Assembly: GCA_051294375.1 (NCBI GenBank)
Contig: CM119263.1
Coordinates: forward strand, 30,505,376 to 30,569,375
DNA: 64,000 nt
Source: Paraspadella gotoi
Lineage: Eukaryota > Animalia > Chaetognatha
Direction of reading: 5' to 3'
The translations under genes were made by a program, and so were the position numbers. The notes beneath the pieces were generated by a model. It did no database searches and had not been told where the DNA came from. It saw only the letters and a list, made by a program, of their open reading frames with translations. Positions 52,601 through 64,000 of the stretch are shown in pieces; position 1 is the first letter of the stretch; each line of letters opens with the position of its first letter.

Positions 52601-55085
52601 TTATGATTTTATAAGGATATTACTATAAATATATTTTAATTAATGATACTGTTCCCCAAATAATATAAGCAAAATATTTTTTGTACTCCTTAATCATATT
52701 ATCTCACATCTAAATATCTTTGTTTGTTCATTCAAATACAATTTATGTTCCCCGGTGCTCCACTCTATTGATTAGTATGAATCTTTTTTCATTTAAAACA
52801 AGTTTGAGCAAACAATGTCGGATCTGCCCACGATCATTATCGGTAATTAATTAATTAATAATTAAGTAATTCAAATTAATTAATTAGGCAATTAATTTGA
52901 TCCGAAATGTTTGTTTGACTGATTGATTAATTAATTGATTAATTAACTGATTAATTATTTGATTAATTAATACATCTTGCATTTACATTTAATATAAAAA
53001 GAAAAAAAAGCATAATCAATTAGTGAAAAAGGTTTTTTGTTTTTTTCCATTTAAACTGAATTCTACTCAAATGATTCCATCGAAACTTGATTTCCCGCTT
53101 AATCACACACTTTCCTACCCACACACAAAATTTCAGGTTAATCGGCTCATCCACTTATGAATAATTGGTGTTCAAATAGTAAAATATATTTTTTGTTTTT
53201 TTTTCATTTAAACTCATTTTCACTCGGACGATTCCATCAAAACTCAATCACACACTTCCCTACCCACACACAAAATTTTATTCCAATACATCCATCCAAT
53301 CACGAGTAATTGGTGTTTTTTGTTAAGGTGGGACAGACGGACAGACAGATGGAAATAATTTTTTTTGCATATTTTATCATAATTCGATGTTTTGACATGA
53401 TATAAGTGAATGCCCGACAAGATTGAGGGGGCAGACCGACGGACTGACAAAGTGAATTATCGAGTCGGGATCTGCTGATAAGCAGATCCGACTAAAAATG
53501 GTAGGCTGCAGTTATCTTTCTCTTATGACATAGTATTTTCCAGGTAAAATTCTATGAGTTAAAAATACGGTAAGAAGTGATTTCTTCGATGCTTATCAAT
53601 CTAATCTCATTAACTGCCTTAGTTTTAAAAAAAAGTAAGTATGAATTTTCACGGTACAGAAAACTTTTAAGGCCTGGTATCAGTGGCCAAAAGTTATAAT
53701 TAGGATGAAATAAAGCTTATATTCGGAAAGTAGAGGTCCAGTTGATTCTGAAAATGTATTCACTTTATCTTCTCTTCGAATCCATTGCTGTTTTTTCAGA
53801 TTTGAAAATACTATATAAAATAAAAGAATCCTTTCGGAAGAGTTGCGGCCCAAACGGCTAAGCGGATTTTCATGAACTTTTACATAAATTTACTCGAGGA
53901 CAAGGGTTCCAATTCTTTGAGAGGGATTTTTCAAATTCACTTATCTTCATAAGAAAAAAAAGAATAATACAATTTTGGCATTAAATTCTAAATATCTTGA
54001 AAACGGTGGCTGTGGTATTCCTCCCAGACAGGATTCCTCCCAACTGGATTCCTCCCACACGGGATTCCTCCCACGCGGGATTCCTCCCCATGGGATTCCT
54101 CCCCATGGGATTCCTCACACACGGGATTCCTCCCACACGGGATTCCTCCCCAAAGAATTCCTCCCACACCGGATTCCTCCCCATGGAGGACCCTAACTTA
54201 CCCTTTACTTATTTTTAACCTCAATTTATTTTTCTATTTAACTTACACTTATTCTTAATTTATTCTTAACCATAATTTATTGTAACCTTAATTTTTACCA
54301 AATATATATTGGTTGTACCAATTTCAAATAACAAAAATAAAAAAATATTTAAAAAAATTATGATATCTGAATTTCTTTATTTTTTTTCCCCTAAACATTA
54401 TCCTCTTTCGTTCCATTTCGTTTCTCTTCTTTTTTCCGTTAATTCTTTAAGAAAAACCTTGCTCTTCGTTTTCCCATAGGCCTCCAGAGGGCATTGATCT
54501 CCAGGAATGCCGATTTTTTCCCCTAAATGTTGCAAAAATTGTACTTTTTTATTATTAGAAATAGGTCGAGATGATTTTAACCAATCCCGAGTTGGGCCCA
54601 ATTTGTAGTGTGGTACAAATTAAATAAATATTGTAAGTAATAACTGAACAATGCTGGAAAAGGTAGTTTTTTTTCTGAATGCGAGGATTGTAAGTAGAGG
54701 CTCTGATCCTCTTCTTCAGATATAAATAGACCTAGCTTTCCTTAGTTTGAGTAGAATTGATCTGGACTCTTGCGCGTGTCTCACCATCATTATTAGAATA
54801 AATCTCGTGTTGATTTCATCCAGAAATGCTTGAGTTTTTCCTTCAATGTGGTGGCAGTGGTGGGATTCAAACCTTCGCCTCCGAAGAGATAACGTAACCA
54901 TAATATAATATAATAATATAATATAACCGTCAAACTTACATAGTTAAAAATTTGAGCAAAGTGACATGTTGAAAATATCTTTCTTAAGTTAGGATTATAA
55001 TATTTTAATTATTTTATAATTAAAAACATTTGAATAAGTAATACAATTAATATTTAAGTCGTCGAATTATATTAATTAAAGGCTT

Positions 55086-55119
<34 letters not shown>

Positions 55120-58100
55120 AGATTCTTGCATATTCGCCCAACTTTAGTTAACGCACCCTTAACGCCACAAACTCTCGCAAATATTTTCGTTTTTTTTCGC
55201 CGAAACTAAAAACTTTGCAATAAGAGTCGATGACGTTTAATTTGTCCTTGTATTCCACTTCCATCCAATCCCTCTCGTAGAAAAAGGTGCTGATCACCGC
55301 CGTCAAGTACCAGTTGAGGGCGAAGTAGCCGTAGAATATGTAGAACATGAAGACGACCTCTTCAGGAATGCTGATCGGATTCGCCTCCCTCGCCCCGATC
55401 CGATGTATCGTACTCCACACGAAAAAGTGTCCCAAATCGTAGAGCGTGTTCGGGAAGCTGGGCGAGTGGACGGTCAACTCGATCATCTTCTTCGGCGACT
55501 GATCCACGGCGAGGAAAGGGAACTGTGCCATTTTGTTCGTAACCTCGGAGAACCAAGTGTCCTTCAAACATCCGCTCACGTTCAACTGAATAAAGTTACA
55601 AAGGCTGTCGTAGCAACGGACGATGTTTAACTTGCGCCGGGGAAAACGTTCGGGACACTGGACGTAAGGCATAAGCATCCAAATCATGGTCAGGTAAGTT
55701 TCCGAGAAGAAAATACAAAAGGCGTAGCGACTGAGTCGCACCGAAATCCTAGAGTTCCCCATTCCGTAGTCGTGCTTGAGCAAAAACGAAAGGCGTTTGA
55801 CGGAAACTACAAGGATGTAGATCGTGCAGAGGATGCCGAGCACCGGATTCTCCGACGCGTTCATCCAAATTTCTAGGAGGTAAATTGGTAAGACCGTGAG
55901 AAGGTCCGGCAGCAATCTTCGACGCGTCACATCGCGGAGCACGAAGCTTGGGTCCAACACGTTGCGCCCGTAACGGTTCACGCCAACAAAACACATCGCC
56001 GCGAGGCGAAGAAGGACGAAGCACTGTATTTTTTTTCGAGGGGGGGGGCACAATCATCAAATGATTTTTTTTCTCAGAAAAATTAAACTGATAGTGCAAT
56101 TAGTTGGCTTTTAGCTGGATATTATATTAAGTATTAATTACCTTCGAATCGATCAACTTTCGCTTAAAATCGAACTCGTTTGATCCAATAAGGATTTGAA
56201 CTACGCGTAATATCAAGCTTAAATCGGTAATCGAGATTAGGCGCAATCCGGCCTGTAAGAAGTAATGAAGAAGCGAAACAGGAAAAAGAGGTAATCATTA
56301 GAAAGGTAAATGATAAAAATAATAAAATTATAACAGAATATGTAAGATAATCTATGAAGAGAAAACAAGTTATAAACGAATAGTCATAGTGCAGATATAT
56401 AGGAGTAATATCGCCAGCAAAATTACTATTAACATAGTCGTCAAATTATATATTTAAATTCTGTTAATTCAAGATCAGTATATATAGAGAGTATAGAATG
56501 TATCTCATGATAGAATGCTGATTGCGATGAGTTTTATATTTTCTATCAACGTTTGATGAGGTAATGATCTGAAAGAGATAGTCATAACTCTATGATAGGA
56601 TTCCATTTGACTAAGATGCAATGAATAAATAATAAATGACAGATTCGTTAGAGATGAATGTTGAGTTTCGAATCTTTTTATTATAATAATTTGGAGCAAA
56701 CAATATCGGATTTGCCTACAATAATTTAGTGCCAATCAGCTAAAAAGTATGCAAGTTGAAAAAAGTATGCAATTGAAAAAAAGTATGCAAGTTAAAAAAA
56801 GTATGCATAGTTAAAAAAAAGTATGGCAAGTTGAAAAAAGTATGCAAGTTGAAAAAGTATGCAAGTTGAAAAAAAGTATGCAGTAGAAAAAGTAGCATTG
56901 AAAAAAAGTATGCAAGAGTATGCAATTTAAAAAAGTATGCAATTTGAAGAAAGTATGCAAAAGTATGCTATTTGAAAAATGTATGCAAAAGTATGCAATT
57001 GAAAAAAATGTATGAAAAGATGCAATTGAAAAAAATGTTGCAAAGTATCAATTTAAAAAAGTATGCAAAAGTATGCATAATTGGAAGTAAAGTATGCATA
57101 CTTTGAAAAAAGTATGCATACTTTAAAAAAGTATGCATACTTTGAAAAAAGTATGCATACTTTGAAAAAAGTAGTGATACTTTGAAAAAGTATGCATACT
57201 TAGAAAAAGTATGCATTTTTAAAAAGTATGCATACTTCAAAAAAGTAGCATATTTTAAAAAAAGTATGCATACTTGAAAAAAGTATGCATACTTTGAAAA
57301 AGTATGCCTTTTTTGAAAGTATGCCTACTTTTTTGAAGTATGCATTATTTTTTCAAAGTATGCATACTTTTTTAAATATGCATACTTTTTTCAAAGCACG
57401 TCACGTCAATGAAGAACTAGCCATCGCATCAATGAATGACAATTAATTCGCCATCAATGAAACATACGCACAATGAATGATTATCATCGATCATGAAGGA
57501 CTATCATCCATCAATGAATGATTATCATCGCATCAATGAATGACTATCATCTAGCATCCTCATCATTTGGTTATCATCGCATCAATCCTTCGGTTATCGA
57601 TCGATCATATTGGTTCATCCACAATTGGTTATCATCAAAGTAGGCCTCGATCCCTATTGCTTTAAGATTTTATTGAACGTTTGTCACTATCAATAACAAT
57701 AATTAATGTCTCTTCAAGAGATAAGATAAAAGACTAACAAGGGACAAAGGACGACTAGAGCCCAATATCACGGCGTGAAAATTCAAAACATTATCTAAAG
57801 CGTAAAAAAACGGTAAAGCCATGTTGAAATATGGTATTTATCTGGCCCGGATCGCGCATGATCAAGCTTATTTTTAATTGATTTCTCATTGGATACACTA
57901 CGTCAACCATTTTCAATACAGACCGGAACGCGCTTAAAAAAGCTTTTAGCGTGCAAAAACTTGATATCCTTTCTATTTGCTCTAATTTAATATAAACTCT
58001 CTAAATATTACCCCGCGCTCTACCTGAAACAGATAGTAAAAACAATACAGTTTTTTCGATGGTCTTAGAACAAAAAAAATTGAAGGCTTGACTATGCAGT

Positions 58101-61100
58101 TTTCACATAAAAACCAGTTCATTTGATTGCTTTATCAAGCATTCAAGATTGCAAGAATTTAAACTTTTCTTTTTTTTATCTAGTAGAGAAGACAATAAGC
58201 TATCCGAAACCGTACTGATATGTATGATTTGTTCTATTTTACAAAGATCAAGCAGGTTTTTTGGGAAAAGGGGAAAAAACGGTCTGACCAGTTCATTTAA
58301 ATACCATTTTTGGGCATGATAAAATGGGAATTTCGATCGCTGTCTCTCCTCGTTGGCTTCCCAAGAGCCATTTGACACCCATTATATGATATAATGTTAT
58401 ATGGCCTACAGCATTTTGAATAGAAGTGAATATACAGGAATCTTGATCGGGACTGTCGATTCGAACGATGCGCAGCCCTATTTAACTTTTTTTCTCTCTG
58501 ACTGGGATTTGTCTGTTACTTTCTCTACAATAAGCATTTTCTTTTTACTTTTTTTAAAAAATTGCTCTTTTATCTGCCCCTCACTAGATCCTCACTTTTG
58601 CCTGTTTTAGTCTTAAGAAACCGAATGGCTCCACAAACAAAATAGCATTTTGAAAAACAAAATAGCAATCAATTTTTATATATTTATCAAAGGTTTTAAT
58701 CTTTTTTTCTGAAACAAACGAACAGTCCTATTAATTTTTTTTGGTTTTAACCCTATGGTGGACTAAAATCTACCAGCCGTTCATCAGCGGCCATTGGTAC
58801 CGGAGGTAAGTCATTCGCTTCCCAACCCAAAGGTCCGGGGTTCTAGCCCGGTGGCCGCCTAGCAGTTAAGAGGGACGGGGCGCTTAACCCCCCTGTAACA
58901 CGGTGTTACAGCCTGATCCGAAGCTCAGGGACTGCTTATATTGAACGGTTCTGTCACTAACACATAATAATAATTACTGTCTCTTCAACCCTATCATAAA
59001 TAGTAAGAACTTATTTTTATCATCGCAATCGCTTAGCGTTTGCCACGATATTGTAACGCTTTTGCGCATAAGTGGCGTTGTCGTCGTCGTTGTTGTCGTC
59101 GGCGTTCCAAATTATAGATCGCCTTTTTTATGATTAAATTTGGGTATATGAAGCTGAAAATTTATATATAGCTTCTCATCATTGATGTGCTTAAAATTAG
59201 GTTTTATAAGGGTTGTCTGAAACATTGTTTTTTTAGATAAGTACAAAAAATATTAATGCAAAATCTTATATGGTGAAGAGACAGTAATTATTGATAAGTG
59301 TTAATGAGTGAACCGTTCATTATAAGCAGTCCCTGAGCTTCGGATCAGGCTGTAACACCATGTTACAGGGGGGTTAAGCGCCCCGTCCCTGTTAACTGCT
59401 AGGCGGCCACCGGGCTAGAACCCCGGACCTTTGGGTTGGGAGGCGAATGACTTGCCTCCGGCACCAATGGCCGCTGATGAACGGTTGGTGGATTTTAGTC
59501 CACCATAATGGTATGAAACATATGACTAAATACAGGATAAAGACCAAAAAATGAATATTTTGGGTGCAGACTTCTCATGCTGTAATTTGTCCCCTACCTT
59601 CAATTAAGTGGTTCAAATCTTTTTTAAATAGTGTCTTAATTTTTATAAATAATAATATTGTGGTATTCCTTTCGTTTCGTTGTGTTTTGGTATTTGGCAA
59701 AAACAAAGTTTAGATTTGTACTAACAACGATTTTATTTAGTATATTAACAGACATATTTCGACTCTTGTTCGAGTCTTCATCAAGTGTTTTGACAGACTA
59801 ATCAAAATTTTGCAAAAAGTAAATGTGTGTGAGAGAGAGAGACAGTGTTAAAGTTTCCAACAAAGTGGTGAGACAAATAGTCTGGTCACAGGTGAGGACA
59901 GATAAAGGCAAGGACAGATTGAGTGAGTTTTTGAAAAGAAAGTGAAATGGTCAAACAGAGAGAGAGAGAGAGATATATGATACATTTGTGCAATGTACAA
60001 CAAGATATAAGATTTTAAAGCTAATAATAGTGGAAATAGCAATCAGCTAAATGATAAATTAAATGAAATACAGAATTTGAAATGTGAAATGTAAAATTAC
60101 ATTTGTTAGAGATAGTATAAGAAAAGATGAAATAATAAGAGATAAATAGAGCTCAAAACGACAGCTGCAGGAGAGGGAGAGGAGTCCATCACTCCTGCGC
60201 GAAAAGCAGCAAGACCGGACCCCACCCATGCTCACCAGCAGGCGAGAAGAGGGCAGTCAGCAAGCGTTACAGGCAGAGAGACATAGAGTAGCACTAGGAA
60301 AGTTCCCGCAAGGAACAATCCCTAGCCGGCACTTACCAGCTCAGTAACACTCTCTTCTCTCAACCATTGTGATGCGGCTAATGACCTGACGCACATCGTC
60401 CTTGTCCCTCCTTTGCTCCACCAAGGGGGGCCAGCTCATTTTGAGCTCTATCTTATCTCTTATATTTCATCTTGTGGCGGTATATTCACACCGCCTCACG
60501 TCCACCATCCTTCAGCCAATCCATTGGCTCAGAGGGGGAACACACCATCCCAGGCGTAGTGTTCCATCCACAGTCCTAACGACTTCCCTCTGCGTTGGCA
60601 AAGCGAGACCGTCCGAGGGTAACGCGCGCCAGTGACTGGAGGGCGTCACTGAGGGTCGGAAGCCCCCAAACAACAGTGAGATGCCCCATCCCAATGGGCA
60701 TTACAGGCAACCCGGCTGTTGCCATAAGTTGGGAGGCCCCCTACTATCGAACACGCAACCTTCTTAGGGTATGCTACGGACAACGGCCTATGCCCCTGCG
60801 ACTTTGGGTACGCTACGACAAACGTCTATTGCCCCTGGGGTACGCTACGACAAACGCCTATGCCCCCACAACTCGGCGCTCTCTCTCTCTCCACTATGGT
60901 AACAGTTTGTCAGACATCTCTCAGGCTTGAGGAACCTGAGTGATGTCTTGGCCCGGGGATCCTGTGGCGGTATATTCACACCGCCTCACGTCCACCATCC
61001 TTCAGCCAAATCCATTGGCTCAGAGGGGAACACACCATCCCAGACGTAGTGTTCTATCCACAGTCCTAACGACTTCCCTCTGCGTTGGCAAAGCGAGACC

Positions 61101-62041
61101 GTCCTAGGGTAACCGCGCCAGTGACTGGAGGCGTCACTGAGGGTCGGAAGCCCCCAAAGCCAACAGTGAGATGCCCCATCCCAATGGGCATTACAGGCAA
61201 CCCCGCTGTTGCATATTCTTTTCTTTAACTTAACTAGAGTACATTTTGCTAATAAGTTTATTTAATTTAAGCATTTAAACGCTTTCATCAACATCGGTAA
61301 GCTTGCTGGGTTGTAAAAAATCTAGAATTAAAAATGGAAATTAGGTCTTTTAACAGTTTTCTCACGTCATAATAAATTCTGTCTGGAATCCTCCAACTTT
61401 GTGCGAGGTATTGCGGCCTCATAATATCAGGATTGAAGTTGCCCTTTAACGGCGTGTCTTTCGGCAGCCGCCTTATAATCTGCCGATAAATAAGATTAAT
61501 ATTAAATAATTAATTAATTAGATCACCTATTCATGAGTTATCCTGTTCTGTAGTAATTCCCTGGTCTAACATAAAAATTATCTTAGAAAGAATTAAATGC
61601 CTTTCCGTATCATCTGGAAAGCCCTTATCTTTAGTCTATTTTAGTCTTTTATCTTTAGTCTCTATATTTCGAAACGCTTGCTTTTGGGTGTGATTCTTTG
61701 ATCACAAATTGGTATCAAATTTGTAACATCTTGGGCCTCATTTTGATTATTATTTTATCGCGACCTCAAAGTAGCGATCTATCTTCTCCTTTTTCCAAAA
61801 ATCCATGAATACAATTGGACCTTCTGGATTGCCGACGACATACATTAGAAAGGACATGACCGTTTTCCTGAGACAAGGGTGACGTTAGGTAAATAATATA
61901 AATTCTCTTTTGTTTTCTTTTCTTTTTTCTCATTTTTTCTCTCACCAGGCGAATATCGGTAATTCGAGAAGCCGTAAGATTATGCATATAGGGTGATTCG
62001 CTTTAATGCATGGCATTTTCACGATCCTTGTCCAGATGAGC
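49648..62041 (-). CDS. 5' exons of a multi-repeat CNG/CNGK-like channel: 62041-61946, 61867-61765, 56023-55157, 52209-51597, 49762-~49648
   Basis: All joins are GT-AG and phase-compatible: IFAW-KTV, DRYFE-CFVLL, FVALR-YQNNN, QIE-EKHVWTNTSKYFIVW. Together they give S1-S6, C-linker, CNBD (FYLEGETIVQPG..LKKGECFGE) and the S1 of a next repeat. Confidence 0.75.
49843..51159 (+). mobile_element. HINE-like element, family A (intronic)
   Basis: Complete family A termini. Confidence 0.8.
52795..53498 (-). mobile_element. HINE-like element, family A (intronic)
   Basis: Complete family A termini on the minus strand. Confidence 0.8.
54010..54190. repeat. GGATTCCTCCC(A/C) minisatellite with ~16-bp units
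   Basis: About eleven tandem units; resembles the subterminal arrays of foldback MITEs. Confidence 0.85.
54849..54889 (-). pseudogene. 3' half of tRNA-Leu including CCA
   Basis: The minus strand reads TCTCTTCGGAGGCGAAGGTTTGAATCCCACCACTGCCA-CCA, matching the tRNA-Leu variable arm, T arm and acceptor strand. Confidence 0.65.
56740..57395. repeat. ~18-19-bp AAAAAAGTATGCA(AGTTG/TACTTTG) satellite
   Basis: Tandem array next to a family A HINE 3' end (about 56690-56722); followed by ~21-bp CATCAATGAATGATTATCAT units to about 57640. Confidence 0.9.
58754..59507. repeat. Inverted pair of ~234-bp repeats, each with a 72-nt tRNA-like sequence (58787-58858 plus, 59403-59474 minus)
   Basis: Acceptor stem GCGGCCA/TGGCCGC, T stem CCGGG/CCCGG and CCC at the anticodon position, but the anticodon stem is unpaired. 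Confidence 0.75.
59690..60472. mobile_element. Penelope-like fragments in opposite orientations, with a degenerate hammerhead at about 59750-59785
   Basis: Minus strand TTGATGA-AGACTC-GAACAA-GAGTC-GAAAT-ATGTC; the GC-rich part is shared with 48870-49095. Confidence 0.55.
60473..61215 (+). mobile_element. TRIM-like miniature LTR element (LTRs 60473-60726 and 60963-61215)
   Basis: ~253-bp direct repeats TGTGGC...GCCATA, a PBS-like TGGGAGGCCCC at 60730 and a ~236-bp non-coding interior; solo copy at 63352-63568. Confidence 0.65.
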
Positions 62042-62649
62042 CTAAAATTACGAGAGGAATTCTTGAAAAAATTAGATAATTTAGGAATGCACATTAAAAT
62101 TTTGTTAAATTTCGTGTTTTTTGTTTTTTTTTAAGTGGCATCTGATCCCCATAATATGTATCTCACTGCACCCCAGAAGCCTATCGTCTGATGAATGATC
62201 ACTCAAACCTGAAACTCGTACTTTTTCTTTTTTTCTTTTTCTTTTTCTTTTTCATCAAGAATTTCGCTTTGGGCTGAAGGTTGTAAGAATTTTTATTATT
62301 AATTATACCTATTTTTATTTTATCCCAATTGTTACCGACCGCGATTTCTAGATCCGTATCGGAAAACGTTTTAAAATCGTTGTCCCTGTGATGAAGATTG
62401 TATTAATTCATTTCAACTTCTTTGGGATGCGGTTGCTTAAAACCGTTATTTTTAATCCAAGAATCAAGGCTGAGAGCTATTCTCGATCGCCTTTGCACTG
62501 GCAGAGGCTTTTGACCACCGTAATTCCAAAATTTCAAAACTTAACCAGGGATGGTCCATTTTCTTCCTTCGGTTCCACGGAAATTTTTTGTCTGAAGTAG
62601 TTTTTTGAGTTTTGTAAGTTACTATTTTTAAATGAACTTTTAAAGAAAC

Positions 62650-63300
62650 TTTTTATCGTCGCAATCGCTAAGCGTTTGCGATGATATTGTAACGCTTTAG
62701 CCCATAAGTGGCGTCGTCGTCGGCGTCGGCGTTCCAAATTATAGATCGCCTTTTTTATGGTTAAATTTGGGTGTATGAAGCTGAAAATTTATATACAGCT
62801 TCTCATCACCGATGTGCTTAAAATTGAGTATGGACAGTTAATAAATATGTTTTGTTTACGTTTTATCAAAACAAACAAGTTTTCTCTCTTTTATTTTCAT
62901 ATTTATCTCTCTCTCTCTTTTCTCTTTTCTCTTTTAATTACATGTTCTCTCTCCCTCTCTCTTTTCCCTATTCACTGATTCATAATCATAGGGGAAAAAA
63001 ACGAGTCTGCAGCTGGCTCTGCAGGGGCTTATTCTTTTTCTCTCTTTTCTCCGCTGCTTCTCGCTGCTGCCTTTTGATTTCTTTATTTGCAGCTGGCTCT
63101 GCAGGCTCTTTCTTTTTCTCTCTTTTTTCCTGCTGCTTCTGCTGCTGGCCTTTTGATTTCTTTCTTTTTTCTCTCTCTTTCTCTCTGCGTTTTTTATTTA
63201 AAAAAATTAAATAGTATGATTGAGACTCGTAAAATTAGGCATCCGCATCTGTGCATGTTATCATTTTGCTATCGCAACATACGGATTTTTATTTCGTTTT
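62650..63300 (+). mobile_element. HINE-like family B, 3'-truncated
   Basis: Same 5' end and body as the 38509 copy. Confidence 0.7.
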
Positions 63301-63351
63301 GACATAATTAATTTTTTAAAATTTTTTTAAAATTTTTTTTTTTAAATTGAT

Positions 63352-63568
63352 TATTCACACCGCCTCACGTCCACCATCCTTCAGCCAAATTTATTGGCTC
63401 AGAGGGGGAACACACCATCCCAAGCGTAGTGTTCCATCCACAGTCCTAACGACTTCCCTCTGCGTCCGTCCTAGGGTAACCGCGCCAGTGACTGGAGGCG
63501 TCACTGAGGGTCGGAAGCCCCCAAAGCCAACAGTGAGATGCATCACAGGCAACCCGGCTGTTGCCATA
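63352..63568 (+). mobile_element. Solo LTR-like copy of the TRIM repeat
   Basis: Matches 60481-60726 with two internal deletions. Confidence 0.75.
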
Positions 63569-64000
63569 ATATCGTATATAATGTTAAAATTTTTTTTGGA
63601 TATTTTAAGTTTTTTTAATTTATTCTGATAGAGCTTAAAAAGTTAAGCAAAAAATATAATTACAACTTTTTAAAATTTTGATGTAATATTACTAAAAATT
63701 AGTAAAAACTGCTAAAATCATCGATGATGATGATAATGATGATTTTTTAAGGTTTTCTCAATTTTAACTCACTTATCATCAAAATATTGAAAAAAGAATT
63801 ATACTTTGTGTAGATAACTGTTCATAAGCTATTTGAATCTGCTTTTCAAAATAAAAAATTCAAAAAAAATGTTTTGACATTTCCTATCTATAAATAAATA
63901 TCAAAAAATTATTACTAATGCTTCTTGCCATTTTAGAAAATTTTGCTCCATTGAAAGTTTTCTCAGAAATGTATGAAGTTTCATTTGGAAAGGTTCCCAA

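Noticed and set aside
58787-58858. Functional tRNA-Gly(CCC) gene
   Set aside because: The anticodon stem cannot pair and the T loop is non-canonical.
59474-59527. CTGATGA...GAAAC possible hammerhead
   Set aside because: There is no NUH triplet after stem III, and GAAAC lies outside the repeat and is absent from the sister copy.
60640-60675. Retrozyme-type hammerhead in the TRIM LTR
   Set aside because: It reads CTGAGGG..CAAA, not CTGANGA..GAAA.

Overview
AT-rich eukaryotic (probably invertebrate animal) genomic window that is mostly repeats, with TTAGGG-type telomere-like motifs and two N gaps. Host coding content is a set of very divergent minus-strand 6TM + C-linker + cyclic-nucleotide-binding-domain (CNBD) channel exons. 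One gene starts near 8.5 kb. A multi-repeat, CNGK-like gene or tandem cluster runs from about 62 kb down to 19.2 kb. The highlight lies between its exons at 26.1-38.3 kb: a GC-richer element encoding a frameshift-masked zinc-finger + tyrosine recombinase, which the ORF track misses. The gene is flanked by ~167-bp direct repeats carrying a Pol III-like small RNA, and by ~1.1-kb TTAGGG-laced arms. These arms also form a free-standing palindromic, non-coding derivative at 45.0-47.9 kb. Other repeats are DINE-1/HINE-like elements (two families), Penelope-like ends with minimal hammerhead ribozymes, a TRIM-like mini LTR element, tRNA-derived SINEs, MITEs and satellites. Both giant inverted duplications (8.9-20.1 kb and 30.4-38.3 kb) look like gap-filling or assembly artefacts. 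All family assignments come from motifs read by eye, with no database search.
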